Source: an uncultured Acidobacteriaceae bacterium (lineage in GTDB: Bacteria; Acidobacteriota; Terriglobia; Terriglobales; Acidobacteriaceae). From it: DNA of 64,000 nucleotides. The position numbers and the translations under genes were made by a program. Within the stretch, counting starts at the first letter, position 1. The number at the start of each line of letters is the position of its first letter. Under the pieces are notes generated by a model that searched no databases, was not told the origin of the DNA, and worked only from the letters and a program-made list of their open reading frames with translations. This document shows, in pieces, positions 19,836 through 29,802 of this stretch. The stretch covers positions 453,425 through 517,424 of the forward strand of contig CAVZYS010000014.1 of the NCBI GenBank assembly GCA_963779555.1, read 5' to 3'.

Positions 19836-21200
19836 TCAGGCAGCGCCCGTCGCTGTGGTGATGGTTTCCAACCCGTGCGCGTCGGGGCCGGTTTCGCGTT
19901 GGCGCAGTAACAGGGCGAAGAAAAGCGCCAGGAATCCGAGGATGGAGAACAGCCACATCCCCAAGGCATAGCCATGGAAATTGTCGGGTCCGGCGTGGCC
20001 GATGTCGTTGGCCTTGCCGATCGCGAGGTTAAAGATGAAGAAGCCGATCTGCTGCAGCAGGCTCATGAGCGCGTAGGCCGTGCCCAGCCGATGTTCGTTG
20101 ACGATGTAAGCCACGGACGGCCACATCACCGCGGGTATCAGCGAGAAGGCGATGCCCATCAGCGATACCGGCACGATCAGCGAAACACTGCTGTAGGCGA
20201 TCAACAGGTACACCGGCATCATCAGGAACGAGCCGACGACCATCAGGGTGGCCCGCTTGCCGATCTTGTCGGCCAGCAGGCCGAACAGAGGAGTCGCGAT
20301 CATGGCGGAAAAGGGAAGTAGGCTGTTCAGCCATCCAGCGTGTTGCTGGGCCGACGCGAAGGCAGCGGTCGAAGTCGCGGCTGCTCCCATCTGCGAAAGG
20401 TACTTGCTGGTGAATAGATCGATCGCGAAAGTGCGAAATGGGAAGATGCCGGAATAGAACGTAAAGCACAGCGCGACTACATACCAATAGGAGGCGTTGA
20501 ACTTGAGTCCCTCGCGGAAGCTGAGCTTGTCGGGTTCGCCCGATTTGCCGAGATGGTAGCGACCCTCGGCGTAGCTTTCGAGCGCCCAGTACACCACGGC
20601 GCCGATCACGGCGGTGGAACCGACGACCGCCGCCAGCACCAGTGGTCGATGCCAACTCGGCTGAGAGTCCACTCCGTTGGGGAAGAAGGCGAACTTGGCC
20701 CAGGTCGGTGAATTATCGGCGGCGATGGAGGCCATGCGTGCGATGGTCAGGTTGATGCCGAAGGCGAAGCTGAGTTCCTTGCCCTTGAACCAGCGCGCCA
20801 GCGCGGTGGTGACGGCGACGATCTGCGATTCGGCGCCCAGTCCAACCAAGGCACGGCCGGCCACCATCATGTAAAAGCTGCCCCTGAAGGCGGTCAAAAT
20901 CGCGCCCAACAAAATCAGTACTGAGAACAGCAGCAACGACTTTTTGATCCCAAGGCGATCGACCAGGATGCCGCCGATGAGGAGCGTTGCCAACGCCGCC
21001 ACGCTGTAGCTGGCGTTGAGCCAGCCGAACATGGAGGCGGAAAAGCCGAGTTGCTCGAGAAAAATGCGTTCCAGCGGATTGATGCTGTCGTAGATGTAGT
21101 AATTGCCGAACATGGCCAGGCTGACAAAAATCAGCACCAGCCAGCGGTACAACTGGCTGGGTCGGGGAAGGCTGTCGGTCAACACTGCGCTCTCAGACAT
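19836..21200 (-). CDS. MFS transporter
   Basis: About 12 predicted hydrophobic helices and the MFS loop motif GGILVDRLGIKKS. Confidence 0.8.
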   Translation of the reverse strand: MSESAVLTDSLPRPSQLYRWLVLIFVSLAMFGNYYIYDSINPLERIFLEQLGFSASMFGWLNASYSVAALATLLIGGILVDRLGIKKSLLLFSVLILLGAILTAFRGSFYMMVAGRALVGLGAESQIVAVTTALARWFKGKELSFAFGINLTIARMASIAADNSPTWAKFAFFPNGVDSQPSWHRPLVLAAVVGSTAVIGAVVYWALESYAEGRYHLGKSGEPDKLSFREGLKFNASYWYVVALCFTFYSGIFPFRTFAIDLFTSKYLSQMGAAATSTAAFASAQQHAGWLNSLLPFSAMIATPLFGLLADKIGKRATLMVVGSFLMMPVYLLIAYSSVSLIVPVSLMGIAFSLIPAVMWPSVAYIVNEHRLGTAYALMSLLQQIGFFIFNLAIGKANDIGHAGPDNFHGYALGMWLFSILGFLALFFALLLRQRETGPDAHGLETITTATGAA

Positions 21201-21619
21201 TCAGGGTCCTCGTGGGCGTTCGCGTTCGCCGCTTCGCTTCTTGGCTGCATCACGACTTCTTGCGCTGATACACGGAAGGGAAACGATATCAGAAGCGATG
21301 GGCGGGCGGCCACGAACCGGTTCCATCAGCCAAGGAGCGCGCATGTTTCGCTTCAACCAAAGTGCCGACGGCTAGAATTGCGCGTTGATCACGCCGCCAC
21401 AGGTGTGAGCCCGATACCACTACGTGTGCAAACATTTACAACAATTGCAACGGGTGTCTGCTCTAAGGGTAATATTTTAAGCCCTTTACTCTGGCTACGA
21501 AATTGCGGGTACGGTAGTGGAATCCAGGCAATTAGACTCGGGGCATCGCACACTTGGGTGCGGTAGGTGCCGCTGCGTAATGCCTAATGGATGGTCCAGA
21601 AAGATGGGGGAGTTACACG

Positions 21620-22288
21620 ATGAAGATTTCTCAAGTTCTGGCTGCTTCGATGCTGGTGTTCGGGCTTCTGGTCACGGTTGACGCCGGGGCGGCAGTGCTT
21701 CCGGTAACAAGCTACAGCATGTACAACGGGGCGCACGGCAGTTATGACTATCGCGACTTCACTTACGTCCCCTGCAACTCCGTATGCGACGTCACGGGCG
21801 CTGCGCTGAGCGGGGGCACGGGCAAGCTGACCGACGGCGTGTCGCCTGCCCTTAGCTGGTATCAGTATGGCGAACTCACCCCATGGGTCGGGTGGGAAAC
21901 GGGCGTTCCCAATAATTCCAATCCAACGGTCACATTCAATTTCGCCAGCACCGTAACCATCCATTCCGTGGACATCTGGGTGGATAACACCATCGGCTAC
22001 GGCGGTGTTTACCTGCCGAGCGGCGTGTCTATTGGTGGCAACTTCTTCGCCATTGCCCCAGACAATGTGGACCCCAATCCTCGTGGCTACACGTTCTCCG
22101 GGCTGAACATCACGGGCAACAGCGTGGACGTGCAGTTCTTTCAGACCGATACCCCTTCCACTCCGTGGATCATGGTCGGCGAAGTCACCTTCAACGGTAC
22201 GTCAACCCCTGAACCCTCCAGTCTGCTGCTTCTTGGCAGCGGGCTGCTAGGCGCCGTGGGCGTGATTCGTCGGAAGATCAACCTGTAG
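21620..22288 (+). CDS. PEP-CTERM sorting-domain protein
   Basis: Signal peptide, and a C-terminal TPEPSSLLLLGSGLLGAVGVIRRK (PEP + TM + basic tail). Start at 21620 is preceded by GGGGGAG. Confidence 0.85.
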   Translation: MKISQVLAASMLVFGLLVTVDAGAAVLPVTSYSMYNGAHGSYDYRDFTYVPCNSVCDVTGAALSGGTGKLTDGVSPALSWYQYGELTPWVGWETGVPNNSNPTVTFNFASTVTIHSVDIWVDNTIGYGGVYLPSGVSIGGNFFAIAPDNVDPNPRGYTFSGLNITGNSVDVQFFQTDTPSTPWIMVGEVTFNGTSTPEPSSLLLLGSGLLGAVGVIRRKINL

Positions 22289-22312
22289 TCGCTTGGATGT
22301 TGAGGTAACCAG

Positions 22313-22338
22313 GCCGGGGAAGTGCTCCCCGGCTTTTT
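22313..22338 (+). terminator. Rho-independent terminator
   Basis: gccgggga-agtgc-tccccggc 8-bp GC-rich stem followed by ttttt, 25 nt after the PEP-CTERM gene stop. Confidence 0.8.
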
Positions 22339-22447
22339 GCTGCCCGTTCAACGCGCGCGTGCCCCCGGCAAAAGCCAGGACTATCCCTCAAGAACTGGTT
22401 GCATTTTTCGCAGAATCGTTCATCATTACTGCGAATCGAGGGACCGT

Positions 22448-23881
22448 ATGACTAGCGCTTCCCGGCCAAATCGCACTGCAAACAAACCTGACGGCAGCCA
22501 TGAGGGAGCGCTGGTGCGCTTCGGGCTCGCTCTCGCCAACTGGAGCGAACGCTGGTTTCCCGACCCGCTAGTGTTTGCCTTCATGGGCATTGTCATCGTG
22601 TTTCTGATCGGGTTGCTATTGCGTGAGAGCCCGTCGAAGCTTGCCATCGCGGGCGGCAAGAGCTTCTGGTCGCTGGTTCCCTTCACCATGCAGATGGTGA
22701 TGATCATCATCGGCGGCTACGTGGTGGCGTCGACTCCGTTGGTGTACCGCGCAATTCGCTGGCTGGCGGGAATCCCCAAGACTCCCCGGGGCGCGATTGC
22801 ACTAGTCGCGCTGTTTTCCATGCTGACTTCGCTGATCTCCTGGGGACTGAGCCTGATCTTCAGCGGGCTCTACGTGCGTGAGCTTACGCAACGCGTGAAG
22901 GGTCTGGACTACCGCGCGGCTGGCGGTGCCGCCTATCTCGGTCTGGGAGCGGTATGGGCCATGGGACTCTCCTCGTCGGCCGCGATGCTGATGGCGACCA
23001 AGACTGCCATCCCGCCGTCGCTGTTCGCGGTCAGCGGCTTGATCCCGCTGACGCGCACGCTGTTCCTGTGGCAAAGCATTGCCATGACGGCGGTCCTGAT
23101 TGTGGTGTCGGTGCTGGTTGCATACCTGTCAGCGCCGTCCGCCGAAAACGCCCGCACCGCGGCAGATTACGGTATCGAATTTCAGCCCACCGCCGGAGCC
23201 ATGGAAGTGCGCACCAAGCCGGGAGAATGGCTGGAATACAGCCCGGTCCTCAACATCCTGGTGGCGGCATTGCTGGGCTGGTACCTGATTGATGTGTTTC
23301 GCACCTCGCCGCAGGGAGCGCTGGCCGCGCTCGACCTGAATACGTATAACCTCATGTTCCTCACCGTCGGAATTTTGTTGCACTGGCGCCCAAAGCGATT
23401 CATGAAAGCGGTGAGCGAGTGCGTGCCTGCGACCGGCGGCGTGCTGATTCAGTTTCCGTTCTATGCCGTCATCTTCGGGATGATCGTTGGCACCGGCATT
23501 TCCGACTGGCTGGCCAAGTTATTTGCCGCCGTCACCACACACAATACATTTCCCCTGCTGGTTGCGATCTATTCCGCTGTGCTGGGAGTCTTCGTTCCCT
23601 CGGGCGGCAGCAAGTGGGTGATCGAAGCGCCTTATGTGTTGCAGGCGGCGAACCTGCACCAGGTCCATCTGGGCTGGGTGGTGCAGATCTACAACGCCGC
23701 CGAGGCACTGCCCAACCTGGTCAATCCCTTCTGGATGCTGCCGTTGCTGGGCATCCTGCGACTGAAGGCACGCGACCTGGTGGGCTACGGAATGCTGCAG
23801 CTCGCAGTGCACATACCCATTGTGTTCTTCCTGTGCTGGTTCTTCGCGCGCACACTGCCGTATCTGCCGCCGGTGAAGTAG
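22448..23881 (+). CDS. short-chain fatty acid transporter (AtoE-like)
   Basis: Polytopic membrane protein. The sequence pattern (FPDPLVFAF..., GGSKWVIEAPYV, PFWMLPLLGI) matches the AtoE/TIGR00366 family as I recall it. Start moved to MTSASRP (22448). Confidence 0.7.
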   Translation: MTSASRPNRTANKPDGSHEGALVRFGLALANWSERWFPDPLVFAFMGIVIVFLIGLLLRESPSKLAIAGGKSFWSLVPFTMQMVMIIIGGYVVASTPLVYRAIRWLAGIPKTPRGAIALVALFSMLTSLISWGLSLIFSGLYVRELTQRVKGLDYRAAGGAAYLGLGAVWAMGLSSSAAMLMATKTAIPPSLFAVSGLIPLTRTLFLWQSIAMTAVLIVVSVLVAYLSAPSAENARTAADYGIEFQPTAGAMEVRTKPGEWLEYSPVLNILVAALLGWYLIDVFRTSPQGALAALDLNTYNLMFLTVGILLHWRPKRFMKAVSECVPATGGVLIQFPFYAVIFGMIVGTGISDWLAKLFAAVTTHNTFPLLVAIYSAVLGVFVPSGGSKWVIEAPYVLQAANLHQVHLGWVVQIYNAAEALPNLVNPFWMLPLLGILRLKARDLVGYGMLQLAVHIPIVFFLCWFFARTLPYLPPVK

Positions 23882-24031
23882 GGAACAGGGCGGGGATGCT
23901 TGTTGGTGGAGGACCAACTACCCAAGTTACCGCAGAAGAGTCCGGCGCGAACTCGGGGCACACGGCAAGAAGGATTGGCCGCGCGTCCGCCATTCTGGGA
24001 AGATTGCCAAAATTGCTTGTTGCGCTTCGTG

Positions 24032-24165
24032 TGTTTTCAATGACTTGAGCGGAAATTGTTTGCATGTCATTGATTCCCTATGTAGTTATAGCTATCCATG
24101 TCAGCCGTAAGGACTTACATCTGCACATCTTTGCACACGGTGCCTGTATGGATCCTGGTTTTCAC
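24032..24165 (+). repeat. copy A of a three-copy conserved intergenic element (possible structured RNA)
   Basis: Aligns with 31376..31506 (same strand) and, over its first 87 nt, with the reverse complement of 59195..59281. Shared blocks are tgttttcaat, ttgca, agttata/acttatg and aag-N2-ctta. Confidence 0.7.
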
Positions 24166-24394
24166 ATTTGCAAACTGAGGGTAGACGTGCGTCACCCGGC
24201 GCGTAGTGCCCGGAATCTCTCTGGCTGAAAATCCGTGGAATCATAAGCTTAGCGGGAATTTTAACGCAAGATCCTTCGCTTCAGTAGCTTACAGGCAAAA
24301 TCGTCATTTCAAAGAACTTAACGAGTTTGGCCGCAATGGCCCAACTCGAGCCCGACATGCGGGGCAGAGCTTTCCGCTCTTATTCATAGAGCAG

Positions 24395-24682
24395 ATGTTG
24401 AAGGGTGTCACGAAAAATCGCGAGGGCGAAAAAACGAAAGTAACCGGCGTGTCGATTTCCAAGAGCGCCCTGGCGCGCCAGTTGGCGACCAGCCGCGCCC
24501 ACGTGGATCGGCTGCTCGACCCGCGCTATACGCCGGTGTCGCTGGAGACGATCTCCCGCGCGGCGACGTTTATGGGTAAGCGCCTGCACTTCAGCCTGCG
24601 GGATGCAGCGCGAATCGCGGCGCGCGCAGCCAAACACAAGACTTCGGTGACCAGAACAGCGCGACAGAAGGCGACCGTGTAA
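24395..24682 (+). CDS. XRE-type helix-turn-helix protein (antitoxin-like)
   Basis: SKSALARQLATSRAHVDRLLDP...VSLETISRAATFMGKRLHFSL resembles small HTH antitoxins. Start set at the internal ATG, since the upstream part of the ORF is the repeat element. No partner toxin is seen. Confidence 0.5.
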   Translation: MLKGVTKNREGEKTKVTGVSISKSALARQLATSRAHVDRLLDPRYTPVSLETISRAATFMGKRLHFSLRDAARIAARAAKHKTSVTRTARQKATV

Positions 24683-24805
24683 ACGAAAGCCCGATCATGG
24701 CAAGAAATGCCGGGATGAGGCACCCGACAACCAGACTATTGATCCCACCACACAATCCAAAATCAGGATTGTGTGGGGCACCCAGGACATTGCGGAATGC
24801 GTATG

Positions 24806-25660
24806 CTATGGCTTCGTGCGATAGACGAAGGTCTTGGCGCCTTCGGTGATCTTAAAGTCTGCCGGCACGGTGAATAGCGACGGGTCAGGTTCGCCGCGCT
24901 GGATGTTGGTCAGCTTAAAGGTCTGCTCGCCCATTCTGGGATCGTTTCGCTTGCTTAAGATAATCGTCTTCAGCTCGGGCGAGGTCCATACCTCGGTGAC
25001 CACGCTGATGGGTCGATCGTTGCCGATCTGACCGACAGGAATGGTGTGTGTGGTGCGCACTCCGGTTACCTGCACCCCTTCCATGGTCTGCGAGCCAAGG
25101 TTTTCGGTACTTACGTCGCCCTCATCTTCCGTCACAAGACGCTTTTGTATGAAGGTAGAAGGAGGTGGTGGCAAGGGCGCATCGCCAGGGGGCACTCCAG
25201 CAGCCGAGCGAATGAAGACCGTGTTGGTGGAGACCATCATGCCGGGCGCACCGGCCCCGGCGGGGGGCACGGGACCTTTCCACGCGGTCTTGTCGGTCAA
25301 ATTCAAAGTGTAAGAGGCGCCCGCCACAGGATCCTGGAGGAAGACGAGATGCGGAGCGTCAGCGGCGGATAGATTGCCGAGTGCGGGCAAGGGAGCATCC
25401 TGCCGGGTGCGGCCCTGAGAATCCCGCGCCGTCGTGCCGGTGCTGGACTGCGTGATATGGGTACCGTCCGCGAGGGTCTGCACGGACTCGTTGGTGATGG
25501 TGGCGGTATAGGGCGCACCTTTTACAGGAGCGCCGGGAGCTCCGATTGCACCGAAGGCGACTCCGCCCACAGGTGCAGCGGTTTGAAAGGTCACGTTTCC
25601 ACTCTCTTGGCCGAATGCGAAGCAGGAAGCTGCCAGAACTAGTATCAAGGTGCGTTTCAT
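24806..25660 (-). CDS. secreted hypothetical protein (third gene of the ECF module)
   Basis: Signal peptide MKRTLILVLAASCFAFGQ. Directly downstream of the anti-sigma gene on the same strand. Confidence 0.6.
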   Translation of the reverse strand: MKRTLILVLAASCFAFGQESGNVTFQTAAPVGGVAFGAIGAPGAPVKGAPYTATITNESVQTLADGTHITQSSTGTTARDSQGRTRQDAPLPALGNLSAADAPHLVFLQDPVAGASYTLNLTDKTAWKGPVPPAGAGAPGMMVSTNTVFIRSAAGVPPGDAPLPPPPSTFIQKRLVTEDEGDVSTENLGSQTMEGVQVTGVRTTHTIPVGQIGNDRPISVVTEVWTSPELKTIILSKRNDPRMGEQTFKLTNIQRGEPDPSLFTVPADFKITEGAKTFVYRTKP

Positions 25661-25690
25661 GGGTACGTGGTTCTCCTGTCGAATCAAGAA

Positions 25691-26266
25691 TTAAGGTTGC
25701 AGACGGACCCCTTGCACCGATCCATCGGCTGCAAGACTCAGGCTGGCAAAATAGTTCATCCCTTCGGGAACAGCGCCGGGCGGGAACATCGCCTCGGCTG
25801 GGATGGCGATCTGAATAGCGGGCCCAGCCATCGCCCAATTTGGGTTCGGTTTCGGAGTCTGCTTGTGGGCGGCAAGGCGCCGATGTTGTTGGACTGGCTT
25901 AGGTGGCGTTGCCGGGGTTTCCACCACGATCGCAGGACGAGTCTCTGCCACTTGGGGAACAACCGGAATCGGTTTGACGGATCGCGGCAGCAACGCCAGC
26001 AACAACACGGCTGCCGCCGCGCCCGCCAGAACTGGAACCCAGAGCGGCAGTTTGCTGCGTAAGGTTGGCCGGGTGGTTGTCGCTTCTGCCGCTGTCGCCA
26101 GCACTGCATCGCAGTAACCAGCAAACCTGCGGCTTACTTCTTCATAAGCGGCGACACGTCCCCGGCATTCCATGCAGGTCCCAACGTGCCGCTCGATTGC
26201 AACCGACTCGTTCTCTGCAAGCTCGCCGTCCATCCAGGCAACCAGTTGTTTCGAAAAGTCACACAT
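25691..26266 (-). CDS. anti-sigma factor (zf-HC2 type), single-pass membrane protein
   Basis: MCDFSKQLVAWMDGEL...HVGTCMECRG (HxxxCxxC), then a TM helix (LWVPVLAGAAAAVLLLALL). Overlaps the sigma gene stop by 8 nt. Confidence 0.75.
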   Translation of the reverse strand: MCDFSKQLVAWMDGELAENESVAIERHVGTCMECRGRVAAYEEVSRRFAGYCDAVLATAAEATTTRPTLRSKLPLWVPVLAGAAAAVLLLALLPRSVKPIPVVPQVAETRPAIVVETPATPPKPVQQHRRLAAHKQTPKPNPNWAMAGPAIQIAIPAEAMFPPGAVPEGMNYFASLSLAADGSVQGVRLQP

Positions 26267-26798
26267 TGCATTTCTCCGCAAGCTTCTTGACCGCGCGATC
26301 CACGGTATCGGCCACGGTGGACATTGGAACCCCCAGCACTTCTGCGATTTCGCGATAGCGCAAACCTTCCGCGCGCAGCATGAGACATTCGCGTTCCTGC
26401 GCGGCCAAGGAGCAGATTGCCTTATCCAGCCGGCGAAACTTTTCTTCTTCCAGCACCAACTGCTCCGGAGAGGCCTGATTGGAAATGGGGCTCCTCGCGG
26501 AATCAAGTGGCTCGCCGAAACGCTGGGCATAACTTTGCTGGTGATTCCGGGCGCGGTTATGGGCGACGCGAAACAGCCAGCTGCGAATGTTTTCCTGTGC
26601 CTCGTCGTCAGCCAAGTGTTTATGCAGGCTTAGGAAAGCATCTTGCACAACGTCCTGCGCTTCTTCGGACGACAGCCCGAGGCCGGCCAGATATCTCAGC
26701 AAGGGTTTGCGCAGTTCGCGATACAGAGTGGTGGCCTCGCACGAATCGGTCGCAAAGCTCGATAGCGGCAGGGCCAAGGGTAAGGAATCGCCACTCAT
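26259..26798 (-). CDS. ECF-type RNA polymerase sigma-70 factor
   Basis: Region 2 (EEAQDVVQDAFLSLHKHL, WLFRVAHNRARNH) and region 4 HTH (LRYREIAEVLGVPMSTVADTVDRAVKKL). Confidence 0.85.
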   Translation of the reverse strand: MSGDSLPLALPLSSFATDSCEATTLYRELRKPLLRYLAGLGLSSEEAQDVVQDAFLSLHKHLADDEAQENIRSWLFRVAHNRARNHQQSYAQRFGEPLDSARSPISNQASPEQLVLEEEKFRRLDKAICSLAAQERECLMLRAEGLRYREIAEVLGVPMSTVADTVDRAVKKLAEKCNV

Positions 26799-27127
26799 TC
26801 GGTTCTCCGCATCGCGCCTCTATTTATAGAACATCCCAGGGTCGCGTTTTTCCGGGTCACGCTCTGCGGGACAATAATTCCAGCGAATTTTCTGGTCAGT
26901 CGTTGCAACTGGGTCTATAGTTCCTGAATCAAAGTGGACCAACCGTGTTGGGTGGTTGGGAACTCTGGATGTGGGGCAATCAGCACCGGCTTCTTTTGAG
27001 GATTGACGCATCGCGTCGAGGCAGTCTCCCCTGTACCGCGACGTACACCCTGATGACGTCGACCTTTGTTATCTGAACGCAGGCACTTCGGCTATGCATC
27101 GGACGCAGGACTCTCGCGGAGGCCGTC

Positions 27128-28162
27128 ATGATCGCGCAAGCCACAATTCAAGCCGCTAAGGCTACCCTTCTTCTTTCCCTCGCCGCGGGTTTGTCCGTGA
27201 TGGTTGGCACGGCATGGGGACAGTCCGATTCGCTCGACCAAACGCACGTTGTTCCACACTCCCAGCGTGACTCGGGCACATTAGAGGCGTCTGTTAGCGA
27301 ACCTACCCTGGTCCCCCGCACAAAGCCAATGCGCGTGGACGTGGACCTGGTGCTGGTTCCAGTCACGGTTACGGATGCCCTGAATCGGCCGGTCGTCGAT
27401 CTCCCCAGGCAGAACTTCACGCTGTATGAGGGCGGCGTCGCCCAACCCATTCGGTATTTCTCCAACGAGGATGCGCCGATCTCGGTGGGACTGATTTTGG
27501 ATTGCAGCGGCAGCATGTGGAACAAGATCGAATATGAGCGGGAAGCGGTGGCCGAGTTCTTTAAGAACGCCAATCCGCAGGACGACTATTTCGCGATCTC
27601 GGTGTCCAGCCATCCCGAAGTCATTGCGACCTCCAGCCAGTCGATTGAGACGATTGAGGCGAGACTGGGGGAGACCGAGCCGAAAGGTGGAACGGCACTC
27701 TATGACGCGGTGTACCTGGGAATATCGCGGATGGGTTCAGCACGCTATCAACGGAAGGCGCTGGTCATCATCACCGATGGCGGCGACAACCACAGCCGTT
27801 ACAGCTTGAAGGAGACCCAGAGAATGGTTGAGGAGGCCGACGTGTTGACCTACGGGATCGGCATCTTCGACGACGTGCCAGTGCACTTGTTCAAGACGTT
27901 CGAAGAGCGCTGGGGCCGCAAGTGGCTGAGCCAAATCACCGACGCCACTGGCGGGAGAGCCATAGCCGCCGACGACCGCAAGCAAATTCCCGAGATCGCC
28001 GCCCTGATCAGCCGCGAACTGCGCAATCAATACGTGCTGGGATACCGGCCTAGCAACGTCGCGCACGATGGCAAGTGGCGCAAGCTCCTGGTCCAGCTAA
28101 CGCCCTCCGCTACGCCACTGCATGTGCACTATAAGCAGGGGTATGTAGCTCCGGCGGAGTAA
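27128..28162 (+). CDS. VWA domain protein (acidobacterial VWFA-related type)
   Basis: Signal peptide, then a MIDAS-like motif ILDCSGSM and ...IITDGGDNHS, with the overall pattern of the acidobacterial VWA family. Confidence 0.75.
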   Translation: MIAQATIQAAKATLLLSLAAGLSVMVGTAWGQSDSLDQTHVVPHSQRDSGTLEASVSEPTLVPRTKPMRVDVDLVLVPVTVTDALNRPVVDLPRQNFTLYEGGVAQPIRYFSNEDAPISVGLILDCSGSMWNKIEYEREAVAEFFKNANPQDDYFAISVSSHPEVIATSSQSIETIEARLGETEPKGGTALYDAVYLGISRMGSARYQRKALVIITDGGDNHSRYSLKETQRMVEEADVLTYGIGIFDDVPVHLFKTFEERWGRKWLSQITDATGGRAIAADDRKQIPEIAALISRELRNQYVLGYRPSNVAHDGKWRKLLVQLTPSATPLHVHYKQGYVAPAE

Positions 28163-28280
28163 AGCAACCAGTCTCCAGACCATCTGCGCGTTCTCGACGG
28201 CTTTGTCTGTGCCGGAAAAACAGCTTGCTTTCTCCAAGCGAACCGACGCATAATCCGCGATCACCAGGAGGTAGTCACCG

Positions 28281-29210
28281 ATGAGCACTGCGCCGAGCAA
28301 TCTGAACTGCATCCTTTTGAATGCTTGCGGGGCAGCCTACAACGTCAAGCCCGGCACCAACGTCTACTCCCAGGATAAGATTTACAGCCCCAATGTTCCT
28401 TACTCGCCGGATCCGCAAGTCGCTTTTGGAGGAGAGGGCTTTATCAACGTGGCCACGGTTGGGAAGTGTCCATTTGGCGTCGTAGTGGCATTTCGCGGCA
28501 CCCTGCCGCCTTCCGCGACCGATCCCGACAGTTGGCTCGACTGGCTGCAGAACTTCTTCGCCGTTCCCGCCTCGAGTCCCAGCGGCCCCAACCAGATCCC
28601 CGGTCAGGTACACAGCGGTTTCTTCAACGCGACCACGTCGATTATCCAGCAGGTACACGATCTGGTGGTGACGCTAGACCCCTTAGGGGACACTCCGGTT
28701 TTTGTCACCGGACACAGCAAGGGTGGCGCCATGGCGACGATCGCGGCGTACCTCCTCAGCCAGGACCGCGGCGTTCCCAATGTTCAGCCGGTGATCACGA
28801 TTGCTTCGCCCCGACCGGGAGACGTTAATTTCCAGAAGGGGTTCGAGGCCGTGATGAGCCAGACACGATATGAGAACGACAAGGATCTTGTCCCGCTGGT
28901 TCCGCCGCCGCTCGACTTCATCGGACGCGTGACCCACAATCCTCTCATCTCATTTACCCCGGAAGGGCGCAAGCTGAGCCAGTTGCTGCAACGCGCGCAA
29001 AACTGGAACTATGTTCCGGTAGGAAACATGCTGTTCATCACCAGCGACTTCAAGGTGATTCCGAATGAGGACCCAACGGCGCAGAAGTTCGATGTCGCCG
29101 TCGAGTTCGTACAGGACTTAGTGAAGAAAAATTTCAGCTCTTTCGCGGATGCCCACTCGCTTCTGCCTGGCAAGGGGTACAACTCGGGCATTTGCGGTGT
29201 CGCTCCCTGA
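28281..29210 (+). CDS. class 3 lipase-family alpha/beta hydrolase
   Basis: VVAFRGT...WLDWLQNF, then the nucleophile elbow VFVTGHSKGGAMATIAA. No N-terminal signal peptide is visible. Confidence 0.75.
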   Translation: MSTAPSNLNCILLNACGAAYNVKPGTNVYSQDKIYSPNVPYSPDPQVAFGGEGFINVATVGKCPFGVVVAFRGTLPPSATDPDSWLDWLQNFFAVPASSPSGPNQIPGQVHSGFFNATTSIIQQVHDLVVTLDPLGDTPVFVTGHSKGGAMATIAAYLLSQDRGVPNVQPVITIASPRPGDVNFQKGFEAVMSQTRYENDKDLVPLVPPPLDFIGRVTHNPLISFTPEGRKLSQLLQRAQNWNYVPVGNMLFITSDFKVIPNEDPTAQKFDVAVEFVQDLVKKNFSSFADAHSLLPGKGYNSGICGVAP

Positions 29211-29349
29211 TGTGGGATCGCTGGGCTCGATTGCTTTGGCAAACGCTTCTCTTCGCGAGGCAGGTTGTAGTCATTGCGATTGCTCGCACAGGCTATGGCC
29301 TTGGAGTTGGGTCGAAGGAAGTATATTCCCAGGCCATTCGCACAAAGCT

Positions 29350-29766
29350 TTAATAACCAACTTGGATTTCTTCAGCCGGGTATGAGCCGCTCCCTTCGGA
29401 GCCGGTCCATTTCAAATTCCATGCGACTACTTCGACAACATCGTCTCCGCTGGGAACGACGTAGTGGTGAGACTGGTCTAGAAACGTTGCGAGATGGTCG
29501 ATTTGACTCAGTGCCTGCTTGAGATCCGCAATCCATGGCGAATCGTCTACCAGGAACACCCCTCCCTTGTACAGACCAGACTCGGGCGATACCACGAAGC
29601 AGTCTTGCGTAGTGACGCGGATCGCCTGATAGGGGAAGAAAATGAAAGTCCGCCGCTGCTGGTCAGCCCCATCGAGCGTGAGCCTGACCTTGGCCTTTTC
29701 TACCGCCATCTCCGGTAGCGGTACCTTATGAATGCTCGGCGCACCCGGAATGGGTGTATATTTCAT
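29350..29766 (-). CDS. hypothetical protein (candidate immunity protein)
   Basis: 138-aa ORF 36 nt downstream of the toxin-like gene on the same strand. I recognise no domain. Confidence 0.55.
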   Translation of the reverse strand: MKYTPIPGAPSIHKVPLPEMAVEKAKVRLTLDGADQQRRTFIFFPYQAIRVTTQDCFVVSPESGLYKGGVFLVDDSPWIADLKQALSQIDHLATFLDQSHHYVVPSGDDVVEVVAWNLKWTGSEGSGSYPAEEIQVGY

Positions 29767-29802
29767 GATTCTTCTCCGTTGCTTATAGGCCGACGGTTAT
29801 TC

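Noticed and set aside
23721-24065. 114-aa minus-strand ORF that could have been the gene served by element copy A
   Set aside because: It overlaps the 3' end of the SCFA transporter gene and has no coding-like features. Copy A is therefore left without an assigned downstream gene.
24046-24065. Sigma-54 promoter (GG-N10-GC) inside the conserved element (ggaaattgtttgca / ggaaaatcgttgca)
   Set aside because: The GG-to-GC spacing is one nucleotide short of the strict -24/-12 geometry in copies A and B, and is quite different in copy C.
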